Source: an uncultured Spirochaetota bacterium (lineage in GTDB: Bacteria; Spirochaetota; Spirochaetia; SZUA-6; Fen-1364). Taken from it: DNA of 64,000 bases. Shown piece by piece: positions 10,583 to 20,775 of this stretch. The stretch covers positions 2,688,001 to 2,752,000 of the forward strand of contig CAWGAA010000001.1 of assembly GCA_963820525.1 (NCBI GenBank), read 5' to 3'. A model generated the notes under the pieces. That model was not told the DNA's origin. It ran no database searches and saw only the letters and a list, made by a program, of their open reading frames with translations. Within the stretch, counting starts at the first letter, position 1. Every line of letters starts with the position of its first letter. The position numbers and the translations under genes were made by a program.

Positions 10583-12178
10583 ATGGAATCGGACCTGGTA
10601 TTGTTCAAAGCGCGGATCCATACCCTGGACAGGCGAAAGCCGCAGGCGAGCGCCGTGGCAATCAGAGGCTCGCGGATCGTTTTCGTGGGGAGGGATGGGG
10701 ATGCCCTGAGGAATCTCTGCCGGGAAGGCCAGGCAGTCGACCTCGGAGGGCGATGTGTGGTCCCCGGCCTTACTGACGCTCACTTCCACCTCCGCTGGTA
10801 CGCGGAGTCTTTCGGCGCCGTGGAAGCGGGTGCGCCGACGCTCGACGAAGCACTCAAGCGGGTGGAAGCGGCGGCCCGCCTCTCCCCTCCCGGCCAGTGG
10901 ATCACGGGAACCGGCTGGGATCACAACCTGTGGCAGGCCCTGCCAACGCGGGCGCAGCTCGACCGGGTTGCCCCCGCCAATCCCGTCGCGCTCAAGGCCA
11001 AGAGCGGCCACGCCCTGTGGGCGAGCAGTATCGCGTTGAAAGCCGCGGGGATCACGGCTTCCACGGCGGATCCCGCGGATGGAAGGATTCTCCGGCAAGA
11101 CTCCTCGGGAGAGCCCACGGGGATACTCCTGGAAAACGCTATGGACATGGTCCAGGCCGTCATCCCAAAGCCGAGCCCCCAGCGGCTCGCCGAGATGATG
11201 AGAACGGCTCAGGAGACCCTCCACCGTCTCGGTCTCACGGGGGTCCACGACTACGATTCATCCCTCCTCCTTTCTGCCCTGGAGCTTCTCGATTCAAGAG
11301 GAGGGCTCACCCTGCGCGTGGTCAAAGGGATCCCCAGCGAGCTCCTGGGACAGGCGGCGGAGCTGGGGCTTCGAAGCGGGTTCGGCTCTCGCCTTCTTTC
11401 CCTGGGCGCTTTGAAGATCTTTGCGGACGGCGCGCTTGGTCCGCAAACCGCCTGGATGCTGGAATCCTATGAAGGGTCGAGCTCCCGCGGCATTCCGACG
11501 GTCCGCCCGGAGGAGCTTGCCGCAATGGTGAGCCGCGCGAACGCTGCCGGCATTTCCTGCGCCGTCCACGCCATCGGGGACGCCGCCTGCCGCGCCGCCC
11601 TCGACGCATTCCAGGCTGCCGCTTCCGAGGCTTCCACCGCGGAAGGGATCTCCGGGCTTCGAAACAGGATCGAGCACGCCCAGCTTCTTCACCCCGCCGA
11701 TCTTGCCCGTTTCGCCCGTCTGGGAGTCGTGGCCTCGATGCAGCCAATCCATGCCACCTCAGACATGCTGATCGCGGAAAGATATTGGGGAGATCGATGC
11801 GTCGGCGCATACGCGTGGAGATCGCTTTTGGATTCCGGGGCGTCCATCGCGTTCGGCTCCGACTGTCCCGTGGAGACGCCCAATCCCCTGGCGGGCATCC
11901 ATGCTGCGGTGACCCGAAGACGTTCAGACGGGAGCCCCGGACCGCAGGGCTGGCGGCCCGCGGAGAGGATCAGCGTGGAAGAGGCGCTTCGCGGCTACAC
12001 GACGGGCGCCGCGTACGCGGCGGGGCGGGAGTGTGACCTGGGCTCGATCTCCCCGGGCAAGCTCGCGGACCTCACTCTCCTCGACGAGGATATCTTCGAG
12101 ACGGACCCTCACGCCATCAAGGACGTCAAGGCCGTGGGCACCATCGTCGACGGCCGGTTCGTCTTCAGGAGCTTCTGA
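10583..12178 (+). CDS. Amidohydrolase (Amidohydro_3/YtcJ-like)
   Basis: PGLTDAHFH, KIFADG, HAIGD, RIEHAQ, GSDCPV, GKLAD. Confidence 0.92.
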   Translation: MESDLVLFKARIHTLDRRKPQASAVAIRGSRIVFVGRDGDALRNLCREGQAVDLGGRCVVPGLTDAHFHLRWYAESFGAVEAGAPTLDEALKRVEAAARLSPPGQWITGTGWDHNLWQALPTRAQLDRVAPANPVALKAKSGHALWASSIALKAAGITASTADPADGRILRQDSSGEPTGILLENAMDMVQAVIPKPSPQRLAEMMRTAQETLHRLGLTGVHDYDSSLLLSALELLDSRGGLTLRVVKGIPSELLGQAAELGLRSGFGSRLLSLGALKIFADGALGPQTAWMLESYEGSSSRGIPTVRPEELAAMVSRANAAGISCAVHAIGDAACRAALDAFQAAASEASTAEGISGLRNRIEHAQLLHPADLARFARLGVVASMQPIHATSDMLIAERYWGDRCVGAYAWRSLLDSGASIAFGSDCPVETPNPLAGIHAAVTRRRSDGSPGPQGWRPAERISVEEALRGYTTGAAYAAGRECDLGSISPGKLADLTLLDEDIFETDPHAIKDVKAVGTIVDGRFVFRSF

Positions 12179-12801
12179 TGCCGTCCGTGCGGGAGATCGT
12201 GACGATCTTTGTCGCCATCTTTATCGTCGTGGACCCCTTGGGGATCGTGCCGGTCTATATCTCCCTCACCTCGGGAATGGCGGCCCAGCGGATCAGGTCC
12301 ACGATCATCACATCCACCACCGTGGCCTTCATCGTGCTGTGCATCTTCGTGTTCACCGGAAGCGCCATCCTTCGCCTGCTCGGCATACATCCGGGATCGT
12401 TCTTCATTGCGGGGGGAATTCTCCTCTTCATCGTGTCCATCGACCTCCTCTTTGGGCGGCCGGGCAGGACCAAGACCTCAGGGGAGGGAGCCGAGCCGGA
12501 AAGAGAGGACGTGGCGATCTTTCCCCTCGCCATCCCAATGCTCGCCGGGCCGGGGACCATTACGACCATTCTCCTCTACGTGAGCGAGGATCATAGCGGC
12601 GGCTTCCTCATTCCCGTCCTGATTCTTTCAGCGGCCCTGGCCCTGCTCTGCGCGGGAGTGGCGATGCGCTTGAGCTCCGCCTTCCTCAGGGTGCTGGGAA
12701 AGACTGGTGTGTCCGTCGTGGAGAGGATCATGGGAATCCTTCTCTCCGGCCTCTCGGTGCAGTTCGTCTACGACGGCCTCACCAAGCTCAAGATCCTGTG
12801 A
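12178..12801 (+). CDS. MarC-family membrane protein
   Basis: DPLG, AGGILLF, PLAIPMLAGPG, RIMGILL; TGATG coupling to the upstream gene. Confidence 0.93.
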   Translation: MPSVREIVTIFVAIFIVVDPLGIVPVYISLTSGMAAQRIRSTIITSTTVAFIVLCIFVFTGSAILRLLGIHPGSFFIAGGILLFIVSIDLLFGRPGRTKTSGEGAEPEREDVAIFPLAIPMLAGPGTITTILLYVSEDHSGGFLIPVLILSAALALLCAGVAMRLSSAFLRVLGKTGVSVVERIMGILLSGLSVQFVYDGLTKLKIL

Positions 12802-12821
12802 GGGGAAAGGCTGGGAACCTT

Positions 12822-13868
12822 ATGGACGACACGCGGATACGTATCGCGATGGTTGGCTGCGGCGCTCATTCGCACGTCCACGCCAAGGCGATGGGAAAAG
12901 TCGAAGGGGCCTCTTTTGCTGCCTGCTGCGACCGTGACGAGGAGAAGGCTCGCTCGTGGGCGGCGCTTTACGGCGGAATTCCCTCTTATGCCGGGCTGGA
13001 AACCATGCTCCGCAAGGAGGCTGTCGACGCCGTCATCCTGTGCACGTGGCCGTCCCAGCACCGCGAGCAGATCGAGACCTGCCTCTCTTCTGGCGTCACC
13101 AACATCCTCTGCGAGAAGTCCCTGACGCTGAGCGGAGCCGATGCCGCCGTAATCATGGCGATGGCCGCCAAGCGCAATGCCTTTCTCATGGAGGCGGTGA
13201 TGTACAGGCATCATCCCGCCATCCGGAAGCTTGAAGCCCTTCTTTCTCACCCCGAGGCCGGCCCGATTTGCAGCATCAGGGCCGTTTTCACAAACCGCGA
13301 GCCGGAGCCCGACGTCTCCTCCCAGGGGGAACGGGATTGGCGTCTGAAGCAGGAATGCGGCGGGGGGGTGCCTCACGATTGGATGAGCTACTGCGTCAAT
13401 GCGGCAAACCATTTCAGCGCGGGCGCGCCGCGGCGCGTTTTTTCAACCGGAGGTGTGAGCGCGCGCCATGGCGTGGTGGATCGGCTGTACGGCATGATCG
13501 AATACGATAATGGCGTCGTCGGGATCGTGGAGAGCAGCAGGAACGCGAGCTTCAGCGAGATGCTCCAGATCACCTGCGCGGGGAGCATCCTGGAGCTCCC
13601 CATCGCGTGGGGGATATTCGGAGAGGTGTCGATCCGTCAGCGGCACAGGAAGCAGGATTGGCCCTTCATCCTCACCGACACCCATCGGGTCGCTGAAGCT
13701 GATTCCTACGAGCTTCAGCTTCGAAACTTCTGCCGGGTTATTCGGGGAAGCGAGAAACCTCTCGTCAGCCTCGCGGAATCGGTTGTGAACGCATATACGA
13801 TCGAGGCGCTGGTGGAAAGCGCCATGGAAAAAAGGATCGTCGAGGTCATCCCCTCGCTCTCTCGGTAA
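12822..13868 (+). CDS. Gfo/Idh/MocA-family oxidoreductase
   Basis: VGCG Rossmann motif, LCEKS, EAVMYRHHP, GGG..HD. Confidence 0.88.
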   Translation: MDDTRIRIAMVGCGAHSHVHAKAMGKVEGASFAACCDRDEEKARSWAALYGGIPSYAGLETMLRKEAVDAVILCTWPSQHREQIETCLSSGVTNILCEKSLTLSGADAAVIMAMAAKRNAFLMEAVMYRHHPAIRKLEALLSHPEAGPICSIRAVFTNREPEPDVSSQGERDWRLKQECGGGVPHDWMSYCVNAANHFSAGAPRRVFSTGGVSARHGVVDRLYGMIEYDNGVVGIVESSRNASFSEMLQITCAGSILELPIAWGIFGEVSIRQRHRKQDWPFILTDTHRVAEADSYELQLRNFCRVIRGSEKPLVSLAESVVNAYTIEALVESAMEKRIVEVIPSLSR

Positions 13869-16800
13869 GGAAGTTGGAAAGGAAGCGCGCCGTGTGAGAG
13901 CCCGAGCGAACGCGCGCCACCTCCCACGGGGTCCCCTGTGCCGCAACATTCCCCCCGTCATCCCCGCCCTCCGGGCCAAGGTCGATGATCCAATCGGCTT
14001 CCGCGATCATGTCGAGGTTGTGCTCGATGAGGACAACCGAGTTGCCCGCGTCAACCAGCCTCTGCAGAACGCGGATCAGCTTCTCCACGTCCGCCATGTG
14101 GAGGCCGATGGTCGGCTCGTCAAGGAGGTACAGAGTCCCCGGCCTGCGGGCAGCCCCGCGGCTCCGCCGCGACCCTCCCCCGGCACCGTCAACTGGGAGG
14201 TGCCCCGCCTCCGCGCCTGCGCGCGCCTTGGCGAGCTCCGTCACCAGCTTTATCCTCTGGGCTTCCCCGCCGCTCAAGGACGGGCTCTGCTGGCCGAGGG
14301 ACAGATATCCCAGGCCGACGTCTTGGAGCAGCCTCAAGCTGTGCTGGATGGTAGGATGAAAGCCGAAGAACCCGGCGGCTTCATCCACGCTCATCGAGAG
14401 GACCTCCGCGATGCTCTTGCCGCGGAAGCGCGCCGAGAGGGTCTCCTCGGTGAAGCGCGCTCCGTCACAGACGTCGCAGGAAACGGAGACGTCGGGAAGG
14501 AAGCTCATCTCGATCTTCTTCATGCCCTGTCCCTGGCACTCCTCGCACCTTCCTCCCTTCACGTTGAAGCTGAACCTGCTCGCCGTGTAGCCCCGGATCT
14601 TCGCCTCCGTCGTGGCGGCGAAAAGCCGGCGGATGTCGTCCCAGATCCCCACATAGGTGGCGGGACAGGAGCGGGGGGTTTTTCCGATCGGCGTCTGGTC
14701 CACCTCCAGCACGCGGCCGATGCTTTGCCAGCCTTCGATTGCCGTGCATCCATGGAGGAGCAGGGCTCGGCCCCTGGTTCTGGCCGAACGCTCGCCCGCC
14801 ACCAGGCGCTTGAGGTTCTCGTGCAGAATGTCCCGCACCAGGGTGCTCTTGCCGCTGCCGCTCACCCCCGTGACGCACACGAGCCGGGAAAGGGGGATGC
14901 CGACGTCGAGATCCTTGAGGTTGTGGAGGCGCGCGCCGGTGATCTGTAGCATTTCCTTGGGAGGGCCTTCGCGGGGGCGTTTTTCCGATGCCGGCCCGCC
15001 GTTTCCGGCGAGCGGGTGGAGCAGAGGGTGTCTGAGGAACTTCGCCGTAAGGGAGTCGCTGCTCTTGAGGATCGCGGCGAGCGGCCCTTCGGCAACGAGC
15101 CTGCCGCCGTTCACGCCCCCGCCCGGCCCGAGGTCCACGATGTGCTCGGCCCGACGGATCGTCTCTTCGTCGTGCTCGACCACGACCACGGTGTTGCCCT
15201 TGGATTTGAGCATTTCCAGGGTATCCAGGAGCATGAGGTTGTCGCGGGCGTGAAGCCCGATGGTGGGCTCGTCGAGGATGTAGCAGACGCCCCGGAGGTT
15301 GGAGCCCAGCTGGGATGCCAGGCGGATGCGCTGCGCCTCGCCCCCGCTCAAGCTGGGCGCAGAGCGGTCGAGGGAGAGGTACGACAGCCCCACGCGTTTG
15401 AGAAATGCGAGCCTGCTGGCGATCTCCGAGACGATGTCCCGCGCGATCTCAGCCTCGCGGCCGACAAGCCGGAGGGCGAGCATTTCCCTTTCCATCTCCG
15501 CCACGGACAACCGCGCATACTCGGTGATGTTCCTGTCCCTGAACTTGACGGCAAGCGCTTCGGGCCGAAGCCGCCGTCCCTGGCAGGACGGGCAGGCCTG
15601 CTCGGACCCGCCCCACCACTCGTTCCACCAGATCTCCTCGCCGCTCTGCTCTTCGTCGAAGCCGGAGAGCTTCAGCCCCGTGCCGAAGCAGGCGGGACAC
15701 CATCCATGCTTGGAGTTGTAGGAAAAGAGGCGGGGGTCCAGGTCCTGAAAGCTCCTGCCGCAGCGCGAGCAGGCCCGTTTTGTGGAGAATACGGCCGCGG
15801 CCGCCCGCGAGCCTCCACCGCCGGAGGCGGTTCGAACGGCCGCCCGCCCGCCTCCGCCCGCCGAGGAGTCTCGAGCCTCGGGCACGACGTGCACGACACC
15901 CTTGCCGAAATCCAGCCCCCGCTGGAGAAGCGCCCGGAGCTTTCGCTCCGTGGCGGATCCCGCCATCTCATCGCCAACGGGAAGCTCTATCGTATGCTCC
16001 TTGAAACGGTCGAGGCGGGGCCAGCGATCGGTCGGCAGAAGCTCGCCGTCCACCCGCAGGTGCGAGAACCCCTTGCCGGCTGCCCAGGAGGCGAGGTCCG
16101 TGTAGTAGCCTTTCCTGGCGATAACCAGGGGGGCCAGGACGGAGACCCGTTTGCCCCGATAGATGCGCTGGATCCGGGCGAGGATGGCCTCGGGCCCCTG
16201 CGGCTCGATGGGGATCCGACAATCGGGGCAGTACTGGACGCCCAGCTTCACGAACAGGAGCCTGAGGAACGGGTAGATCTCGGTGAGGGTGGCGACGGTG
16301 CTCTTCCTTCCGCCCCTGCTCGTGCGCTGCTCGATGGCAACGGTAGGGGGAATGCCGTACACCCCGTCAACGTCCGGCCTGTGGGCGGGCTGGACGAACT
16401 GCCGTGCATAGGCGTTCAGCGACTCCAGGTACCTGCGCTGCCCCTCGGCGAAGAGGATGTCGAAGGCGACCGTGCTCTTGCCGCTGCCGCTCACGCCCGT
16501 TATAACGCTGAACGAGTCGCGGGGGATGGAGAGATCGATGTCCTTGAGATTGTGCTCGCGTGCTTTTCGGATGACGATCTCCTTGGCTGCGGCCGCCGCA
16601 GCCGGCTTCACTCCGCGAGATGCCGCCGCGGCAGGTTTTGCCGCACGGAGGGCCGACGGAGCGGAGGCGCGCTTCCCGGCCGCGAGGGCGCGGAAGGCGG
16701 CCAGCCCCGAGGTGCGCAAGGCCTTCCCCGTATGGCTCTCGGGGCAGGAGGCGATCGCTTGCGGTGTCCCTTCCGAGACGATCCTCCCCCCGCCGTCGCC

Positions 16801-19764
16801 GCCCTCCGGCCCCAGGTCGATGATCCAGTCGGATGCGCGGATCACGTCGAGGTTGTGCTCGATCACGACGATCGAGTGGCCGGCGTCGATGAGCTTTCGA
16901 AATGCCCCCAGGAGCTTGGCGATGTCGTCGAAGTGAAGGCCCGTGGTTGGTTCATCGAAGAGGAAAAGAGTGCCGCCGTCGGTAGGCAGAGGCGGTCTTT
17001 CGAACGTCCCTGTCCTCGACCGCCCTCGCTCGTCCATAAGCACGGGCGGTCTTCCGGACATCCCTGTCCTCGACCGCCTTTGCCCGTCCATGGGCAGAGC
17101 GAGGTGGCCGGCGAGCTTAAGACGCTGCGCCTCGCCGCCGCTCAAGGTAGGAACCGGTTGGCCGAGGCTGACGTAATCGAGGCCCACCTCCGCGAGCGGG
17201 GCAAGCGCCCTGATGACGCCGGTGACCCCGGAGAAGAAATCGCACGCCTCGGCCACCGTCATTTCCAGGACGTCCGCGATGGACTTCTCCGCTCCTGCAA
17301 CCGCCTTCCGTTCCGGGGGGAAGAGCTTCACCTCCAGGATCTCGGGCCGGTACCTCCTGCCGTCGCAATCGGGGCAGCGCAGGTACACGTCGCTCAGGAA
17401 CTGCATTTCGATATGCTCGAAGCCGCTTCCGCTGCAGGTAGGGCAGCGGCCGTTTCCGGAGTTGAAGCTGAAGGCGCCGGCCGTGTACCCCCGCTCCCGC
17501 GCCAGGGGCTCGGCGGCGAACAGCTTTCTGATCTCGTCGAAAGCCCCGATGTAGCTCACCGGGTTTGAGCGCGTCGTCTTTCCGATGGGAGATTGATCAA
17601 TCAGGATCACGTCCTCCACGAAGTCATGTCCTGTGATCCTCTTGTGTTTCCCTGGGGTCTCCGCCGGCTTGCCCTTGAGCTTCCGCAGGGCATTGTACAG
17701 CACGTCTTGAACCAGGGTGGATTTCCCCGAGCCGCTCACTCCGGTGACGCATACGAGCCGGTTCAGGGGAATGGAGACGTCGATATCCTTGAGGTTGTGC
17801 TGGCCTGCCCCCAGAATGCGGATAGCGCGCGACGTCTTTTTCACGGCCGCCTCCGCTCGCCGACCGGGCTTTTGCGTCTGCCGTCGCCCCGTTGCCGCTA
17901 CGGTTTTGGCGCCTGTGAGGTAGCTTGCCGTGAGTGACTTCCTGCATCGTAAGAGCCCGGCAAGCTCTCCGAAGTAGACGACATTGCCCCCGTTCTTCCC
18001 TGCTCCCGGGCCCATGTCCAGAACGAGATCGGCGGCGTGGATCAGGTCGGGGTCGTGTTCGACAACCAGGATCGTGTTGCCCGCGTCGCGAAGGCGGCGC
18101 AGAACCTCGATGAGCCTTCCGATGTCTCTGGGGTGGAGGCCGATGCTCGGCTCGTCCAGGACGAAGAGGGCATTGACCAGGGACGTTCCGAGGGCGGTGG
18201 TCAGGTTTATCCGCTGGACCTCCCCGCCGCTCAAGGTCCGCGACTGACGATCGAGGGTGAGGTAGCCGAGGCCCACGTCGACAAGGTAGGAAAGCCGCAT
18301 GCGGATCTCCGAGACGAGCAGTTCGGTCGCCTCGTCCAACGGCTGTGGCAGCTGGAGGCTTTCGAAGAAAGCGCGGCAGCGGTCGATGGGCAGGAGCATC
18401 ACGTCGTGCACGGAGAGCTTCTCTTCTCCCAGCCGCCACAGGAGGGCTTCGGGTTTCAGGCGCGCTCCGCCGCACGCCGGACAGACGCGGTATGCCCTGT
18501 ACCTGGACAGGAGCACCCTGATGTGCATCCGGTAGCTCTTGCTCTCGAGCCAATCGAAGAATCGTCCGGCCCCGTACCACAAGCCCTCCCGCCAGTCTCC
18601 CTCGCCTTCCAGGACCCAGCGCCTGTGCTCGGCGGAGAGCTCACGCCATGGCACGTCAACCGGTATGCCCCGCCGGCGGGCGAATCCGAGAAGGTCGTCC
18701 TGAACCTCTTTGAAGCTCGCGGTCTGCCAGGGCTTCACCGCCCCGCCGGCGAGGCTCTTGGTGTCGTCGGGCACCACCAGGTCGTAGTCGATTCCGATGG
18801 TGCGACCGAATCCCCGGCAGGTCTCGCAGGCGCCGATGGGCGAGTTGAACGAGAACAGGTTTGCCACGGGGTCACGGTAGTGAATGTCGCAATCGGGACA
18901 GTGGAGGTCCGCCGAGAAGCGCAGAGCGGCTCCGGGCTCATCGCCCGCCAAAGGATATACGCTGAGACGCCCCTGGCCGAACCTCAATGCCGCCTCGAGG
19001 TCCTCCACGATTCGCGCCCGATTGTCCGGCGATGCGGTCACGCGATCCTGGATCACCTCCCAGCGCCCCTTCTCCTTCTTATGGATGCGGGTATACCCCT
19101 GCTTGGAAAGGAGATCCGTCACTTCCTCCGGCGTGAAGTTCGCCGGGACTGTAATGGGAAACGTGATGAGCGCCCGCTCGCCGGCCCGAAGGAGCGGAGG
19201 CCGCGCCCGAGATGCGGCTGTCTGAGCGCCCACCATGGCCTCGGTCGCCGCACCGCCGACCGCCCGGCCGTTTGTCGCCGGGCCGATTCGTGCGCGGCCT
19301 TTCTTCGCGCTGCCCAAGAGCTCCTCGGCGATGCTCTCAGGGGTGTCCCGCTTCACCTCGCGGCCGCAATTCCCGCAGAACAGCCGAGAAGCCCTGGCGA
19401 AGAGGAGCTTGATGTGATCGTTGAGCTCGGTCATGGTGCCCACGGTGGAGCGTGACGTGCGCACGGGGTTCGTCTGGTCTATCGCAATGGCCGGCGGTAT
19501 TCCCTCGATCCTGTCCACCTTCGGCTTGTCCATCCTGTCGAGGAACTGGCGGGTGTAGGCGGAGAAGGTCTCGACGTAGCGGCGCTGTCCCTCGGAGTAG
19601 ATCGTGTCGAAGGCGAGGGAGCTCTTTCCCGAGCCGCTCACCCCCGTTACCACGATGAGCTTTTGAAGCGGAAGGCGGATGGTGAAGCCCGCGAGGTTGT
19701 TCTGGCGCGCTCCCTCGATGAGGATCTCCTCGGATGGCGCGAGCCGCTTGGTTCTGCTTTTCAT
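13846..19764 (-). CDS. uvrA: Excinuclease ABC subunit A, tandem-fused 'double' UvrA (~1972 aa)
   Basis: Four Walker A motifs (GVSGSGKS), four LSGGE signatures, four DEP(S/T) Walker B motifs and multiple CxxC zinc modules. Confidence 0.95.
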   Translation of the reverse strand: MKSRTKRLAPSEEILIEGARQNNLAGFTIRLPLQKLIVVTGVSGSGKSSLAFDTIYSEGQRRYVETFSAYTRQFLDRMDKPKVDRIEGIPPAIAIDQTNPVRTSRSTVGTMTELNDHIKLLFARASRLFCGNCGREVKRDTPESIAEELLGSAKKGRARIGPATNGRAVGGAATEAMVGAQTAASRARPPLLRAGERALITFPITVPANFTPEEVTDLLSKQGYTRIHKKEKGRWEVIQDRVTASPDNRARIVEDLEAALRFGQGRLSVYPLAGDEPGAALRFSADLHCPDCDIHYRDPVANLFSFNSPIGACETCRGFGRTIGIDYDLVVPDDTKSLAGGAVKPWQTASFKEVQDDLLGFARRRGIPVDVPWRELSAEHRRWVLEGEGDWREGLWYGAGRFFDWLESKSYRMHIRVLLSRYRAYRVCPACGGARLKPEALLWRLGEEKLSVHDVMLLPIDRCRAFFESLQLPQPLDEATELLVSEIRMRLSYLVDVGLGYLTLDRQSRTLSGGEVQRINLTTALGTSLVNALFVLDEPSIGLHPRDIGRLIEVLRRLRDAGNTILVVEHDPDLIHAADLVLDMGPGAGKNGGNVVYFGELAGLLRCRKSLTASYLTGAKTVAATGRRQTQKPGRRAEAAVKKTSRAIRILGAGQHNLKDIDVSIPLNRLVCVTGVSGSGKSTLVQDVLYNALRKLKGKPAETPGKHKRITGHDFVEDVILIDQSPIGKTTRSNPVSYIGAFDEIRKLFAAEPLARERGYTAGAFSFNSGNGRCPTCSGSGFEHIEMQFLSDVYLRCPDCDGRRYRPEILEVKLFPPERKAVAGAEKSIADVLEMTVAEACDFFSGVTGVIRALAPLAEVGLDYVSLGQPVPTLSGGEAQRLKLAGHLALPMDGQRRSRTGMSGRPPVLMDERGRSRTGTFERPPLPTDGGTLFLFDEPTTGLHFDDIAKLLGAFRKLIDAGHSIVVIEHNLDVIRASDWIIDLGPEGGDGGGRIVSEGTPQAIASCPESHTGKALRTSGLAAFRALAAGKRASAPSALRAAKPAAAASRGVKPAAAAAAKEIVIRKAREHNLKDIDLSIPRDSFSVITGVSGSGKSTVAFDILFAEGQRRYLESLNAYARQFVQPAHRPDVDGVYGIPPTVAIEQRTSRGGRKSTVATLTEIYPFLRLLFVKLGVQYCPDCRIPIEPQGPEAILARIQRIYRGKRVSVLAPLVIARKGYYTDLASWAAGKGFSHLRVDGELLPTDRWPRLDRFKEHTIELPVGDEMAGSATERKLRALLQRGLDFGKGVVHVVPEARDSSAGGGGRAAVRTASGGGGSRAAAAVFSTKRACSRCGRSFQDLDPRLFSYNSKHGWCPACFGTGLKLSGFDEEQSGEEIWWNEWWGGSEQACPSCQGRRLRPEALAVKFRDRNITEYARLSVAEMEREMLALRLVGREAEIARDIVSEIASRLAFLKRVGLSYLSLDRSAPSLSGGEAQRIRLASQLGSNLRGVCYILDEPTIGLHARDNLMLLDTLEMLKSKGNTVVVVEHDEETIRRAEHIVDLGPGGGVNGGRLVAEGPLAAILKSSDSLTAKFLRHPLLHPLAGNGGPASEKRPREGPPKEMLQITGARLHNLKDLDVGIPLSRLVCVTGVSGSGKSTLVRDILHENLKRLVAGERSARTRGRALLLHGCTAIEGWQSIGRVLEVDQTPIGKTPRSCPATYVGIWDDIRRLFAATTEAKIRGYTASRFSFNVKGGRCEECQGQGMKKIEMSFLPDVSVSCDVCDGARFTEETLSARFRGKSIAEVLSMSVDEAAGFFGFHPTIQHSLRLLQDVGLGYLSLGQQSPSLSGGEAQRIKLVTELAKARAGAEAGHLPVDGAGGGSRRSRGAARRPGTLYLLDEPTIGLHMADVEKLIRVLQRLVDAGNSVVLIEHNLDMIAEADWIIDLGPEGGDDGGNVAAQGTPWEVARVRSGSHTARFLSNFLTERARG
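16985..17098 (-). repeat. In-frame 54-bp tandem palindromic repeat (~2 copies) inside uvrA
   Basis: Units 16991-17037 and 17045-17091. Each folds GGCGGTC..GGACAGGGA(T/C)G..GACCGCC and encodes MDGQRRSRTGMSGRPP / MDERGRSRTGTFERPP. Confidence 0.85.
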
Positions 19765-19896
19765 GAAAATCCGGCGGTGAAGCGTCCCCTCGGAACGCAG
19801 CCTATAATATCGGGCCGGAGGGGGTTTTGGGCAAGTAGCCTCCGGCCTCGGCTTGTCTGCCCGGCCGGGCATCGACTATGATTGATGGGAGCGAAC

Positions 19897-20661
19897 ATGG
19901 ACCAGGCGAAGAACTACCTCATCGACATGGACGGCGTGCTGGTGCGGGGGCGTACCCCGATTCCCGGAGCCGACCGCTTCATCTCCCGAATGAACGAGCG
20001 GGGAATCAAATACCTCGTTCTTACCAACAACCCGATGTACACTCAAGATGACCTCGCCTCCAGGCTGAAGAGCATCGGCCTGCCGGTGGATCCGAAGCGG
20101 ATCTTCACCTCCTCGATGGCCACGGCGGCATTCCTCAAGACTCAGAAGCACAACGGGAAGCTCTTCGTCATCGGGGAGAGCGGCCTGACGACCGTCCTTC
20201 AGGAGGCCGGATTCATCATCACGGAGAGCGATCCGCACTATGTCGTTCTGGGCGAGACCAGGTCGTACAACTTCGAGTCCATCACCCAGGCTATCCGCCT
20301 CATCGTGGCCGGGGCCCGCTTTATCGCGACAAATCCGGATCCCTCGGGCCCGTCGGAAGGGGGCATCGCCCCCGCCTGCGGGGCGATGGCGGCCCTGATC
20401 GAGAAGGCCTGCGGTGTAAGCCCCTTTTTCATCGGCAAGCCTAACCCGCTCATGGTCAGGACGGCGCTCAACTATCTCGGCGTTCACTCCGAGAACACCG
20501 TGATGATAGGGGACAGGATGGACACCGACATCGTGGCAGGGGTGGAAAGCGGCATGGGAACAATCCTTGTATTGAGCGGGGTCACCGGCATGGAAGATAT
20601 TCCCCGCTTCCCCTATCAGCCCAACATCATCGCTGAAAGCATCGAGGCGATCGAGCCCTAG
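19897..20661 (+). CDS. HAD-IIA hydrolase (NagD-like)
   Basis: [28 protein letters not shown]. Confidence 0.93.
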   Translation: MDQAKNYLIDMDGVLVRGRTPIPGADRFISRMNERGIKYLVLTNNPMYTQDDLASRLKSIGLPVDPKRIFTSSMATAAFLKTQKHNGKLFVIGESGLTTVLQEAGFIITESDPHYVVLGETRSYNFESITQAIRLIVAGARFIATNPDPSGPSEGGIAPACGAMAALIEKACGVSPFFIGKPNPLMVRTALNYLGVHSENTVMIGDRMDTDIVAGVESGMGTILVLSGVTGMEDIPRFPYQPNIIAESIEAIEP

Positions 20662-20775
20662 TCCATGGATGGACGGAGGCCTGCGAAGCCATGGACGGCG
20701 AGAGCAGGCCCTAGCCCAACGGCGGCTTTTCGAGCGCAGCGAGAAAAACGCCGCTAGGATGGCGGGATCCGGCCC
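20661..20775. repeat. REP-like nested palindromic element between convergent genes
   Basis: Hairpins GTCC-ATGGAT-GGAC, GGCCTGC..GCC-ATGGAC-GGC..GCAGGCC and CGGCG..TTTTC..GAGAAAAA-CGCCG. Confidence 0.7.

Noticed and set aside
16991..17091. Possible CRISPR array
   Set aside because: Only two units with a 7-nt gap, inside a CDS in-frame, and no cas genes.
15016..17568. 850-aa and other long ORFs antisense to uvrA, metE, the ABC exporter, etc.
   Set aside because: Shadow ORFs typical of high-GC codon bias; no recognisable motifs and fully overlapped by confident genes.
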